A stretch of 64,000 nt of DNA from Daphnia carinata (GCF_022539665.2 NC_081334.1:2728001-2792000); one strand, 5' to 3'; shown: positions 38,951-53,600, numbered from the stretch's first letter. Notes: generated by a model from the sequence alone, not told the origin. Made by a program: numbers and translations.

Positions 38951-41412
38951 TTACCATTCAATATCGCAATAGCTTACGCCGTTAATTGGATTAACATTGA
39001 AGCCTCGACGAAGTAGACGGCACCTTGAGTAAAATTGAAATTTTAGTAAACGACGGTTTAATTGTTAATGCAGAAAAGTTGGTGAGAAAAAAAAGATCGA
39101 TTCTTCACCTGTGTTCTTCCAAACGTGGAGCGGCGAGCCGGGGATCATTGGTACTGGCACTAGACCAAAGCCGTTCAGCTACAGCCGAAGCTCGAGGCCA
39201 TGTAATGGATGTAACACTCACAGCATCGATAAATTCTCCCCACATGCATGCCTCGCCGCCAATTACCTTATGGAACAAAAAGTAGGATACAGTGAATGGC
39301 GAACAAGAAGAACGTTATGGCCACAGCTTTTATGGTAATTCGATCTATAACTCACCAATCTTTTTTGGCTTTCTGTTCCGTTAAATGACAAGGGTTCTGC
39401 TAGATAATAACGATCCCAGTCGATGCCGTAATTGATATAATTGAGGTACCAAGGTGAAGAAAGTACCGTGCGATAGCCAAATTTTGTCACCTGTACAACG
39501 AATAGCCAATACGCTTCTTGGTTATTAGTAATGGCGAAAACTACTAAGGAGTTACTTACACGAGCTAGTTCATCGTGGAAGTTATTGCCATCTTTCCATA
39601 CATGAATTACGGTATCAGTTGGGAGAGTTACGTTGTTATCAATAACTTCTTGCCATACCAGGTAGCTCATTTCCCCTTTAGTTACGTCTTGTGTAACATT
39701 AATTAAGCGTTGCATGAAAAACTGTTCCAAGCGTGCAAAATCTTGACCCCATCCGTGTTGTTTCATAAAAGTTTTGATTTCAGGATTGCTGGCCCTAAAT
39801 GGAGCCAAAAAATTACCACATTACAACTTGAAAAAATTCTGAAGACAATTTAGGCATCTTCAAATGCTACATTACCAGCAGCTAAAATCAACTTCGTCGC
39901 CTCCCAGATGGACGTACGAATCGGGAAACACGTCGAAAACTTCGGCAAAGAACTCTTTTAAAAATTTGTAATTTTTAGCAGGAACTGGATTCATCGGGCC
40001 AAAAAAGTTATCTTCTGTTCCATCTTTTTTATAGCAGCGAGTAAGTAAACCAGGAGAACCGGGTCCCCAAGACTGCGTGTGTCCTAGACAAATACTGTTT
40101 TAAACGGTGATACGTGATTTAACTCGAAAATTATTGTTTACCAGGCGTATCGAACTCTGGGATGACCCTAATGCCTCTCATCCGAGCATACTGGATAACA
40201 TCTTCAACATCCGTGGGACTATATACGTGGCTGTACGGATTGAAAGATCCTAATTGACTGTTAATCGTAAGTATTTTTATTTTAGACAAGAAAACCAAGA
40301 AACTTTATTAATGGGCTCAATTTTCACCTCAGGCTAGGAAATTTTCTACTTTCGTAGGGGAAAGCCGGATCATCAGTTATATGCCAATGGAATACATTCA
40401 ATTTGTTCTGAGCCATTAAGTCCAAATTATCTTTGATTACTGGAAGTGGTAGGAAATGTCTGGAACTATCCAGCAGCAAGCCACGATGGGGAAATCGCGG
40501 AAAATCCATTATCATTGTTGAATTTATTTGAAACTATAGATACAGGTAGGCTATTATTGGATGCTCTGGTTTCCTGTCGACATTTTTCTGTTTTGAATAT
40601 TTTAGGTAATCTGACTCACCGCTATTCCATTTTGTGATGAGTAGACTAGCTGACTAAAAGATTCCAGTCCGCGTAATATTCCCCATACACTTTGGCCTAA
40701 TATGATTCCTTCGCGTGGTCTATCCGCAGCATCAATCTTGATTTCATCTATTCAAGTTGTTCGAGGTAAGGAACAAGTTTGTGATTTTTTATGACGATTC
40801 AAAATTTACAGTGTTCATCCATGTTCAGTGATGGTAATTTTTCACACGGTTGCATCATGTGAAGAACAACGGTATCAAGATAACCTCGGAAATTTTCATG
40901 GTTTTCCCAGGTCATGCTGTACTTATTAGAAAGCTTCTGAAATCGTTTTGAAGTTCCACTTCCCCTTGGCGGAAAGAAAATGAGATCATAGTAACGGTGA
41001 ATAGCTTCCTCAAGGATATCGCAAGTATTCCCAGTAATCTGCAAACAAACAGTAAAAAAATGTTATCGCTAGAAAAATCTCAAGGACTGTTAAATTCTTT
41101 TCTCTAGTCAGCCTGGAATACCTGGAAATGGAAGTCGTTTGGTCTCAGCACCATAAAATTGTCGGTAGACTAACAAACATTGAATATAAATGGATTCAAA
41201 TTTCATTATTATGACGGACAAAGTTTTAAACGGCACACCTGTTCAAGTTGGGGTTTGGGCCAAATCTGCCCCACAGTTGGGCGTATCCAGGCTCCATTTC
41301 CTTTTGGTAAATCAAATGGAAAACGAAGATTGGCCTTATGAAAGTCCGGTTCTGCCAATCCGAGGGAAAAATCCAACAGCAGTAAAAGGATACTAACACT
41401 TTTCATCGCCAT
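38951..41412 (-). CDS. HEXB: Lysosomal beta-hexosaminidase (GH20, HEXA/HEXB type)
   Basis: Signal peptide, [49 protein letters not shown], catalytic [33 protein letters not shown]. Confidence 0.93.
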
Positions 41413-41931
41413 CTCCTGTCTGAAAAAAAATCAAACAGCACGCTGTATGTAACGGATCACTAACATGAATGACTATATGATTAGCAAACAACAACTCTTC
41501 TTTCCAGAAAAAGTGCGTTTAGGGGGTCGATCATAGGAATTCAGACTGAAACATTATCTGTTGGACTGTTTAAAAACTCGCCATCTAGCGTTCCATGACG
41601 ACTGGCTATTAATTTGTTTCGGTTTCAAAACAAAAGCAATGGGGGCACGCCTTATACTCAATAGTGCTATGGATACCCAGAATCATGTTTCGACGGTTCT
41701 ACTTTCTCAAAAGAGAATAATGTACCTGAAAAGGTCTGAGTAACATTGAACAAGAATATTGTACGATTCGCTATTTTCTCCAACTAGAACTGAACCTTTT
41801 GGTGCCGAAGCTAAACACGTTGAAGATCGATTGGAAGTCATCGACACAATACTTATTGGTCATCAAAAAATTTTATTGACGATCGTCGCATTAGAGAAAC
41901 AAGGTCGGAAAGGTTCCATGTCATTATAGTT

Positions 41932-42294
41932 TCATAAGCTAGCAATGCTGTCAATAGCTTTGTTGATATCGGCAGGAGGAAGTGGCACGGCTTCGTTAAC
42001 AATGATTTCCTTTTTTTTGGGAAGAGCTGTTAGGTTTTCTCGAACTTTGCCCAAACTACTGTCCAGGTTCTCGATCTTTTCTCGCATGTTCGCATTCAGC
42101 TAATCAGAAAAAAGAGAAAGGGTCTACGATCATAATGTGTCTATCAACTACAAATATCGACATCATATGTGTACCTTCTTTAAATTCGTATTAACTGGTT
42201 GAGCTTTGAATTTAGCTTTAGCTTTGGCTGCTTTACCACCCGCAACTCGGAACACGGGATTCTGCTTACTTTTCCCTCCTTTATTTTTCCCCAT
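41932..42294 (-). CDS. RBIS: Ribosomal biogenesis factor (C8orf59 family), 2 coding exons, ~95 aa
   Basis: MGKNKGGKSKQNPVFRVAGGKAAKAKAKFKAQPVNTNLKK|LNANMREKIENLDSSL...DINKAIDSIASL*; matches the VF.VA...KAK.KA.PV.TNLKK family signature. Missing from the ORF track. Confidence 0.82.
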
Positions 42295-43116
42295 GTTGAC
42301 TTGGGACAAAAAAGACGTTAAAAAGAACAATCAATAATGGGATTTATCTCATGTTCAAACAGTGATGTACCCTAGAAAAGGATATGTAATACTATTATTG
42401 TTTTCGAGAAAAAAGCTGGCATGGTTTGTGCCTAAATGCAGCCTATGTGAAAAACAAAGATTTAAAAAAACTGAACGAAGCTTTAGTTTTCATTAAACAA
42501 GCCTGTCTCATATCCTTGTTCAACAATGACTGTTGAAACAAACCTTGTTAGCTCCAATGTCAATGCAATAACCAAGAACCTTTTAAATAATAATAACAAT
42601 AGTAATAATTAAAACTTATGTGTAAACCAGTGCATGTTTAAAGTGCAGGAAAAATGGTTAAGTTGTTCCCTAGCAACTTCAAATAATGTTCAAGCATCTA
42701 AGTGGTAACCCAAAAAAGTAAGCAAGATTTACAACCAATAGTTAAAAGAACAACCAACAACTATCAAATAAGACGGGTTCCTATAAGCACAGAAATCTAA
42801 ACAAATGCACAAACGACAGACTGTCACTCACCTTAAGAAGATGTGTTCTAATATATTATCACAAGTTTTATGTTACGTTTGTGTAATAAATGTGATTGTG
42901 AATAACGTACTAAAATAGTTAGAGGTGATAACACGCGCCCACGTTTCGTCTGCTAAGCTAGTACGACCATCTGGCGACAAATTTCGAAGTAAAGTTGGTG
43001 TGAAATAGATCTCGAGTGCTGTCAAAAAATCTGGATCAGTGGCAAAAAGTGATAGATATGGGGAAAGAAAACTGAAATGTGTTAGAAAAATAGGGTCATA
43101 GAATCCCAGTTTCAAA

Positions 43117-46100
43117 ATGGGATCTAGATTAAGGTTCGTATTCTATCTCGGATATGATTTTCATACTGAATTATTTCATACATAATAGTGTACATAAGCC
43201 ATACACAGTTGGTTTGCTGTTTTTGCCTGAAGCAGTGGATAATTGATCTGATTTCGTTTACCTTATTTAGAAACGATGTAAAACACCTGCTCGAGTGCTT
43301 CTGTGAAATAGTGAGCCCAGAAACATCAAACAAACAGCCATGGGTTGTTCAAAAGTTCCCTGAAAGTTTTAAAGATGACGAAATGTTAAAACAAGTTTCT
43401 CTGTTTGCATTTCCTTGTGATGTGCCATGGTAAATAAAACCCTTACGGTGTTTTAGTTTGTCTTGTTTTAAATCTGAATTTTTTCTCTAGCAATACAGTG
43501 CAACACTTTTCTTTTGTGCTGACAAGCCTTGATTCAAAATGGACTTTTGGATTTTGTCGTCAGGCACCAGGAGCCCAGACAGCACTAGTTATCATCAGTT
43601 ATTTGCCTTGGCATGAATTTTTTTTTAAGATTCTCAATCAGATTGCGGAGTTGATGCAAGAACAAGCTGTGCCAGATCTGAATAGCTTTCTGGAAGGACT
43701 CTACCAAAGAGATGTTCCAGCTCCAAGTACAACTCTTCATATCCCTTTCGGAAGGGCTCATAGAGTGTATACTTGCAAATGTCCTAACACTTATACTTTA
43801 CCCAGCATTCCAGAGAATGTAAGCATAAGCTCTCTAATTTTTCAAATGGGCTTTAACCCTAGATTATAGATTTACAATTCTTTTTTATATTCAGAGAAAT
43901 TTGACCGAATATTTCAACGCGGTGGACGCCCACAATATGATGGTTATTTTCGCCTCCATGTTGCACGAGCGGCGTATCGTCATGGTTTCTTCCAGGATAT
44001 CTCGACTTAGTGCTTGTATTCAAGCGGCTAATGCTGTGATCTACCCAATGATAAACAACCACAATGCAGTATTCGTAGGTTACCTTAAATTTTTAAATTT
44101 ATGTGTTATGTAGATCTGGCAGCACATTTACATTCCTGTTCTTCCTCCGCATTTGATGGATTACCTACTTGCTCCAATGGTGAAAGGAATTTTTGAATTC
44201 AATTTCTATCGTCTTATTTGTTTTCATTTTTAAAATACGTATCTATGGTAAACTGGTTTTGTTTTCATATTCATTACTCGTATCTACTAGCATATTCTTT
44301 TTTTCTTATTATCATTATTTCATTTTATTTTGTTGAAGTTTTAATTCTGTGATATTTGTTCGCTTACAGCCGTACTTGTCAGGAGTCCCGACTAGCACGT
44401 GGGAGGTACTACTCATCACTTGCTCACATCCATAACACTATTTACTTTCTAAATGATATGCGCAGAGAGTTCGGAAGTCTGAGTTAGGTGAATTGGTAGT
44501 CTTGGATGTTGACACGAACCATATTGAAACCCCCTTCGACGATTTGGATCGCCTACCTCCAGATATAGTAAGAAATTTCTATAATTTAGTTTGCCCTGTC
44601 TTCAATTTTTTTCTATCAAAGGTCAATGGGATGAGAAGACGATTAAAAACGCCCGGGAACATGATGGGTGATGGTGTTGCTCGAGTCTTCCTTCGAGCTC
44701 TTGTACAGCTTATAGGAGGCTACCGTGACGCACTTCGCTTTCGACAAGGCGAACAGATTACCTTTTGTCGAGATGCTCTTGTTCAGTCTCGGCCTTTAGC
44801 TCTACGTCCCTTTCTAGAGTCAATGCTACAACTACAGATCTTTCAACAATTTATTGAAGAACGGCTTGAAATGTTAAATTCAGGACAAGTAATTGAAAAG
44901 AACCAGCAAGCAAGTAAATAAAGATAACCTTTCTCTTTACACGTTGCAGGGTTTTTCGGACGAATTTGAATTAGAGGCGTGCCTCTACTCTGATAAATCG
45001 AGTAGTCGCCTAAAGCAACAGTACAAGGAATGGCTCACCACGATGAAAAAAGAAAGTGGTGTTTTTTTTAAAAAGGTTTAAACTATTCACCAAGTGCTTT
45101 GTATTTTTGAAACATATTTCTCTTTTTACTTGCTCTATAGGCCAACCCGGCAATGCGAAATGCCGTCAAAACCGTCGGCCGGTTAGCTAAAGAAAAGAGC
45201 CGGACAGCTTATAGAGAAGTGCGTTCAAAATTCAAAGACATGCAAATACATAGGGAATTGGAGGGGGCTGCATTTTCAACTGGAAACACTAAATTGCGTG
45301 ACAAACCTCGATCTGCTCCATCGTCTCCTAAATTCGGCGTTAGCGACGTATCAGCAAATCAAAGAAGGACTGCTGTGTCTCCTGCAACGCTAAGTCATCA
45401 ACTTAATTCGAACTTCTTAGATCGAAATCATTCTCTACGGAGGTGTGAGACATCGGTTAGCCAACATTACCATGTTAGCGGATCCAGCCCAGGTTTTCCT
45501 ACAGGAACTAACGGGGCAAGCTCTTCTAGTTCAGAAGAGAGTGGCACTGAAGATGAGCTGCAAATGACTCCTCTCAATCTCAATCTGATGGACGACATGA
45601 AAGATATTTTGGCAAGAACGGCCTCAACCGAATCAACACCTCCGGCCATAGATCGTTCAGTAAAAATCTTTGTATATTTTCCCGTTTCCTTGTTTGCTTG
45701 GTTTTTCTGAATTTTGGTTGTGGTGATTGGTGTTTGTTCTTTTTTTATTTAGTTTTTTATCTTTTCGTTTTCCATTTCCATTTTTGCAGAGGAAACCCAG
45801 TTTATCCAGTCCTCCTATTTCCCCTATTGCCAATCCCGTCCTCCGTCAAAATAGTGCACCTATCCTGAACGTTGGACCCTATTCTGTTCAACCAATTCCC
45901 TTGCCACCCCTTCGTTGTCGTAAACGTTCCGAGGCACAAAAGAGTCCGCTGTCTGGCAAGGTAATGTTCTGTGCCTGTTTTTATTTTGGGAAACGCTTAC
46001 CTTTGTTTATTTCAGCCTTGCTCGTAGCTTGTCCGTTTAAGTTTGCTGTAAAATTGTCTATTTTACTAATCTCTTTTGTTTTGCAGGGCAATGCGCAGAT

Positions 46101-46458
46101 TGATCTTATTCGCTTGGACTCAGCAACTTCCCTTTCGCCAGTTGATGAGTTTGACCCATTGGGAGCTCCCCGAACGGAATCAGAAACCGTACGAATAACA
46201 CAGTCTAATCCGGTCTATTCCTTCCACGTTCCCCGACAGGTCGCTGAGCCTCAAGTGCCATCTGGAGCGAGCAGTGGTAATGGTGGAGTGGTAAATTTTA
46301 AAGGCTACACCAGCCGTTTTGATACAGGGTCGGATCCATTTAGTAACCTGTTGGCGTTTACACGTACTAATCTTGGGCCAACAGTCTCTGTACCCGACCC
46401 CGTCAAAACTAACGACTCTTCCGTGGGCGATAAGTCTGCTTGGACAACATTTGATTAA
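43117..46458 (+). CDS. DENND1A: DENN domain-containing protein 1 (connecdenn, Rab35 GEF)
   Basis: MGSRLR, FAFPC, QHFSFVLTSLDSKWTFGFCR, SYLPWHEFFFK, ASMLHERRI, WQHIYIPVLPPHLMDYLLAPMPYL; AP-2/clathrin motifs FSDEF, DPF and C-terminal WTTFD*. Confidence 0.93.
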
Positions 46459-47625
46459 ATATAACAATGTTGTCGTGGCCGTCATCTGTATACATACATA
46501 AAAATTGAACATCGTATTTTCCTTCCCTGATTATAGGCACTCAAATGTTTAAATTTATTTCGTTTTAACAAATTACATCGCTTTCTTCCTTCTCGCGTTT
46601 TTTTTAATTGTTAATGTTTTAAAATGTAGATACATGTAGTACTACTTGCTACAGCGTGTAGACCAAGTGTAGACGTTGTCACAAAAGTATATCGAAGAGG
46701 GTCACATATCCCGATGATAAGCTGCCTGCATCCATGAACCGTCTTTCAGGCTATGGGTAGACCTACGAACAACCTACGTTCAACGATCACCTCTTCTCTA
46801 CCTCAGTTTTTGTTTCGATCTTTAACGTGTAGTGAACGGTACTACAGATCGATGTGAAACGTCTGTATACGTGTTTGTGGTGTGTGTGTGTGTGTTTTTT
46901 TTCTTCTGCCATTTAAGCCTCTTTATAGTAGGCATGGCTCTTCTCTCTTCATCTTCTCTCTTCGTCTTCTTCCTCGATGATGTCCGAAGTGATCTTGCGT
47001 AATCCGATGAATTGAAGAATCTTGCGAGTCTTGAATGACATATGGGAGGGGAGGGTGGTGGGGGGAGAGCGTGGAGGGAAGGGTGGGCTTGGCGGAAATT
47101 GGCGGGGACTACAGATTACAAAGCGTGGGTGATAACCACTGTGCCAGGACCGCACATTCAAATCAAATTTTGCTATGGGTGTCACCATTTACAATACGTA
47201 GCTTATGTATGTTATAAGTGGTCGACATATGGCACTGTGGCATAGTTCGCGGCTGCCATTCTGATTTCACGGGTTCGAATCTTTGTTGTACTGCTACTTT
47301 TTTTTTTAAAGATATTTAGTCACGTTTCCATCCACATTCTAGCGTTCCAAAACCCCATCCCACTGATTCACTCTAGCCGGCGATACCGTTCGTAAAGATA
47401 AAAATCTGGCAACGTTCTTGGATTTTTGATGCCCACATTTGAGGACTTACGACGAAAAACTTTAGTCTACAAATTTTACTCACGCTCTCGCCAAGCTCAG
47501 ACATCCTGTCCACTATTTCTGGTAATCTTAACATTCTCCCCGGCGAGGTAAATACAAATTTTACAGAATATGCTGAAACTCACCTGATAAATTTTCATTG
47601 TGAAAATATCTAAAGGTCCTATCCA

Positions 47626-50600
47626 ATGGCGACCGTTAGCCTCTTGTCAGTAGTTTTATCGGACGATGAATTTAAAAATCTGAATGACACGATAAAGTTC
47701 AAGTTAGAAGAGGTGTTAAAAAAGCACGAAAATGATTTCAACCAGTTGAATATTAAGTTAGCCAAGCTTCAAACCCAGTCTGGTAAATATTGATTTACAC
47801 TAGTAAATAAAATTGAAATTTCATACGAGTTGTTTATTGTAACAGAACAACAGTGTTTTGAGTTGGATTCACAACTTCAGCAACTGCAAGATCAGGGAAA
47901 AAAGGAAGAAAAACATATACAAGAATTGACAGATGCTAAAGCTAAGGTGGATGCTGATCTTACGTCCTCACAAGAACAACTCAGACTTGTCAGCGCAAAA
48001 TTGGCTTTGTATGTATTCTTGCTGAGTAACTCTTGTCATGATTTAATTCAAAATCTGTTTTAGACTTGAAGCTTCTCATCAAGAATGGAGCAAAGAGAAG
48101 GAATCACTTTTAGAAGAAAAAGAAAATCTTAATTCTCTACTTTCAAGAAGAAATGACGACTTGGATAGGCTTACAGGGGAACTAAAGTCCTTGACTGACC
48201 AACTTGTTCACGCCAACAAAGAAAAATCAGAAGCTCTTATTAAAACAGAAGAACTCAATAGCCAACAGCTTGCCTTAGAGTACAAGTATGTTTTATGTTA
48301 TGGTTATAACTAAGATAAAGGTAAAGTGAAATTTTTACATGAATATTTTAGAGAGAAAAGGCTAAACCAAGAACGGGAACTTATTGTTCGACAACAAAGA
48401 TTATTACAAGATGAACTTGAATCCCGAACTAAAGAGGTTATGATGATCAGGCGTGAGAAAACCTCAAAAGTGTTGGAACTGCAAGCTGATGTGTCCGAGA
48501 AAATTGAAGAGGTAGTAAAACACGTTTACAACATTAAGTAAAAATAATTAACCTATCCTGTAAAATTTGCCCCTAGTTGCGCATCGCGCACAAATCCATC
48601 GGCGAGCTAACAGCTACGATTGAGGGCCATGAAAAGCACATTAAAGAATTGAATGATAAGGTTAAGGAACTTGGTGAAACAGAAATGAAGATGTCTGAAA
48701 ATCACAGGTGTGACAATTTTTACATGAAAAAAACAATACGCATATATATGTTCACGACCTGTTATTTTTAAATCCGTAGAAATGAGCTTAGGTCACAGAT
48801 GAGGCTTTGCGAGCTGTATAAGGCGTCGAGTGAAGACGCCCAAGCCAAAGCTGACGAGCTTACCAAAGCAACGGAGGAGTTGCAAAGGCTTCTTCGGGAT
48901 GCTTCTGTCCGATTTGGGAAACTGGAAACGGATTCTAAAGCACAAATCGACCAATTAAAGGATCAGTTGGAGAAAAGCTCTGAATCAAACATGGAACTGA
49001 AAAAAGAACTTGAGCGTGCCAATAACTTGCTTGACCCCAGCAAATCGCGTTTGATGACTGCAGAAAACATTGAAGCCATGTCGCCTTCAGCTGCTGCAGC
49101 CTCACGGTAGGACAGAATTTGCTATTTATTTTCGCCATCCAATTAATTAAACATGATATTACAAATCCTTAGATTGCTGAAGTCAGGAATGACCTTAACC
49201 CAAATATACAGCCAGTATGTGTCTGTTTCCGAACAAATGCTATTCAAAGAAGAAGAAAATAAGAAATTGAATAGCTATATTGACCAAATTCTTCAGGTAT
49301 GGAATTAAAAGTAGAAAATAATATAATGTAATTCCAAGTAAACTATCGTTTTTCTTTAGGAATTAGAAGACCGTGCGCCTACTATAGCTCGTCAGCGAGA
49401 AGACCACGAAAAATCAATTGAAATGGTTGCAAATTTAACGAGACAACTTGATTTAGCCGTTCAGGAAGCTGAAACGGAGAAAGAAAATGCACTTGAAGCG
49501 CGTCGTGTGCTGGGACAAGCACAACGCAATTCACAGCGGTTCGAAAAACAAGTTGCAGATTTGAGCAAACAAGTTTGTTTGCTTATTCGTGAAGTTGAAG
49601 AGCTTCGAGGCAACAGATTACGCGAAGAACCCGTTGATGACGACCAGGTGTCGTCCAGCGAAGGATCAGCTGCCTCAGTAATTAGCCGTCATTTAGTAAC
49701 GTTCCGCGACGTCGAAGAGCTTCAGCAGAAAAATCAGATGTTGCTAACAGCCCTTCGTGAAGTAACCGAGAAACAGGATGCAGCGGAACAAGGCGAAATC
49801 GATATCAAAACAGCCAAAATCCAGCAGGCTTTAGAAAATGCTTTGTCGGAGGTTGAACACCTACGAGATACCCGAAGGTATTTAGGTTGATTAATGTATC
49901 CTAGTAAATTTTTCATTAAATGTTTTATCAGGCGCCATGAGGAACTGATGGAAAGCGTCATCCAGCAGCGTGATATGTACAGCACACTACTACAGGTGAT
50001 TATAGATAAATAACATGATATTCAAATAAAATAAAATGTGTATGAAGATGTGTTATTAAGATGAGTTTTTAATTTGTTTTGCTTATAGGAAGCCGGATTG
50101 GGAGATTCTCGGTCACCGTCCAAGTTCCGCAATGTGGTCGCATCTACTCCGGCTCCTGTTAGACAAGAGAGTACTCGATCAGGGGACACCGAAACACAGC
50201 TTAATGAGACTAAACAGCGTTTAGAAGAACAAGAAATGAAACTTCAGAACGTCATCAAGGAAAAGAAGGAGAGGGAAACAGCTTTAGAGAGTCAAATCCA
50301 GACCCTTCAAGATCAGTTAACTGAATTAAGAGCTCAGAATGTTCGACTGAGCACACACAAAGAATACGCAGATGCAAAGGAAAAATTATTGCAGGTAATT
50401 TTCGAAATCTTAAAATTTAACCACCAACAATCGTTTGACCTATATATATTTATCAAGGGGAATCTCGATTCATGTAAGAAACAACTTAACGCCTTAGAAG
50501 ACAAGAACAAGATATACGCATGCACAGTTGCCAAACACGAACAAAGCATTGCTATTTTACGAGGTAACTTTATTACAATAGCTCATGTGTTAATCTTGAT

Positions 50601-53600
50601 TTCCTAATGTTTTTTTCCTTTATTAGATGAAGCTATGAATGCCCAACAGCAATTGGCTCGTGCCGAAGTAACCATTTCAATGCTTCAAGAAGAGAAGCAA
50701 CTGCTCAAAGATGCTGAACAACGACTTCTAGTAGAAAGAAACGCGTTGTTAAGTGAGCGACGTAGCCAAAGCCTTCTGCATGCCAACTTGGAATCGATCA
50801 AATTAAATTTAGAACGTGGTGAAAGCGAGACCCATATGCGTTTACAGAATACCGTCACATCTTTGGAACAACAAATCGAATTACTCCGGAAGAAACTCGA
50901 TCTTGAGGAGCAACGTTATCGAGAGACAGTTAAATCCTTTGAAGATAAAATATTGGCCGATCAAGCCCTTTTGAAAGCTGCCGAAGGGAAAGCCGCTAAC
51001 GCTGAAGCACAGTTAGTTGTAGCTAGAGAGCGGTTAGCGGCAGCAGAATCGCGAACAGGATTAACATCTCCCACAAGAAAAGGACAGGTGACGCGCTTGC
51101 TTTCAACTACGCCAACATCCGGGGATGTCGCGACTGATAGTGATCTTGTTGGAGATCTACGAGCCCAGCTCGCAGAAGCCCGTATGGAAACGAGCAAGTA
51201 CCAGGAGCAGTTAGAGCTGGTTCGTCAGCAATCTGAACAATATCGCTCAATTGCCGATAGCATGGAAGAACAGCTTACTAAAAGCAACGTTGCCAGCCTT
51301 GCATTCAAGCAGGAAACTGAGCAACTTTTGGCAAAATTAAATGAAGAACGTTCCGAACTAGCGCGCAATCTTCAAGAAACTCAGGATAAACTTAAGGTAT
51401 TTGATTTTCATTTCATTTGTATATTCCGTTGAGTAATCATTTAAAATTCCCAGGCTCTAGAAGAGGGAGCGGCACAGTTGGGCCGCGCTACGGCTCACCA
51501 GTCGGAAGAGGTTTCGAATCGAATTACACAACTCGAAGCCAATGTGGCCTCATTGACTGACCAGGTAAGGTTGGCTGAGGAGTCGGAAGCAAAAGCCCGT
51601 CAAGAATCGTTGGATCAAGTGAAACATGCCAAAGATGCGCAAGAAAAATACGAAAGGGAACTGATGCAGCATGCCGCTGATGTGGAACAGCTAAATGCCG
51701 TCCGTGAACGAGTAGAACAAAGCCGCTCTCAATTAGCACTCCTCCAACAAACTTCAGCGCGACTTGAGGCTGAACTTGCAACTGGACGCTCTAGTTGGCA
51801 AGCTCAAAAAGAAATGTTGGAGAAGGAAGCTAGTGAGAAGGCTCGACGCTGCTCAGATTTAGACAAACAAGTTGATGTAATGCAACAACAAATTGTCACA
51901 TTAAGTTCACGCATGGCAGCAGCAACACGTTGCCAGGAAATAGCTGTGAAGTATGTGGCAGTAGTTTATCCATATTTCCGTTTAAGATTCATTGATTATT
52001 TTGCCTACAGGACGCAGAGTGGTGAGGACGGAAACACCTCGCTTAATACATCCACCAGCGAAGAAGATGTTCGTTCTACTGATCAATTGCTGGAGCTCGT
52101 TCGCTTCCTACGACGCGAAAAGGAGATTGCCATTTCGAGATCTGAAGTGCAAGAAGCCGAAACGCAACGTCTGAAGACGCAACTGGAACAAGCTGAACGC
52201 AATCTGAATGAAGCCCAGGTATATAACTGTTTCTTTCCGCTGAAAGGTTAGGTGTTTATTGTCACTTCTTTCTCGCAGACCAACTTACAGCAAGAGAGAG
52301 AACGTTCTGCCACGTCTGCGTTGACGTCGGAGAAACATACTGAAATGCTTCGCAGATTGGAAACACTAAACGCACTTACAGACAGCAACCGGTTGTTGAG
52401 AGATGAACGAGGTGGCCTTGTTAGTCGGGTTGAAGAACTGACGGTTAAAGTCAGTGCTCTAGAGGCAGAATTGGAACCTTTGCGTTCTAACAACCACGAC
52501 TCCGCCAGCCGACTGGAGGAGCTGTCTGCCGAGAATGCCACTCTGCGTAAGCAAGTAGTGGCATGGCGGACTAGAACCAACGCGTTGCAAGAACGAGCTG
52601 GCCGAGCTACAGCCGACGAGATCAAAAAGCTGCAGTCTGACAAAGAGCTTGTTCAGAAGCAATTGGAACAAATCCAAAAACAGGTCGAACAAATGAAGGA
52701 GGCCCAGACAAAAACAGCTAACCAATTGACAGAAACCCAGCGAGTGAATACTCAGTTGGTCACGGCACAACAAAAATTACAAGAAGAAGCTCGTTTGGCC
52801 AAGGAAGAATCACAGAAAGCTCAGTCTGAAATGACCACGGCTCTTGCCAAACGTGATGAAGAAACGGCGAAAGCGGCTGATCAAGCCAATCAATTGCGCC
52901 GTATTGCTCGCAAATACAAAACGCAGTATGAAGAGCTTAAAGTCACCCACGATAAATTAGTTTCAGATAAAGAAGCGTCAGCATCTGCGGAATCTGCGCC
53001 CGCCCAAGACGAAGCTACAAGTGCTGCAACAACAGAGGCCGCAACAGCCGCAGCTGCTGGACAGGCTACGAAAATTCAGGAACTGGAAGAACAGATAGCG
53101 CAAATGGCAGCTGAGCTAGAGAAAATTAAACAAGATAATGAAGCTATGCGTCTAAAGGATGAAAAGGCAACGAACGTTCTCAAAACTACTCGACAAAAAT
53201 TGGCTTCACTACCAACCCTTATAAAAGAGAAAGAAACCCTTGTTGCGCAGCTAGAAGAAGCGCGTGCCAAAATTGAAAGTCTCGAACAGAGTAGCGAAGA
53301 ACTCAATGTTCGTTCTGCCGCTCTGCGATCCCAATTAGAAGGCCGCCTTAGTCGGTTAGAAAGAGAGAACAGTGAGCTGCTCGCAAGTAAACAAGCACTT
53401 GAGACCGAGTTGGAGGCTTTGAAGCAACGCATTCCTGTTTTGCAGCGCCATATTGAGGCTTACCAGAAGCAGCTAGTTTTATTTCAGCAAAGGCAACAAA
53501 AACAACAAGTTCAACAGACGACACAACAAGTGCCAAATAAACCACCTACCACTGAAAAAACAGTGTCTGAAAATCCACCCACTGCAAACATCAAGCCCAT

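Noticed and set aside
46949..47188. Small minus-strand ORF (MSFKTRKILQFIG...EEEDEERR)
   Set aside because: No homology recognised; composition is driven by a CT-rich tract likely in the DENND1 3' region.
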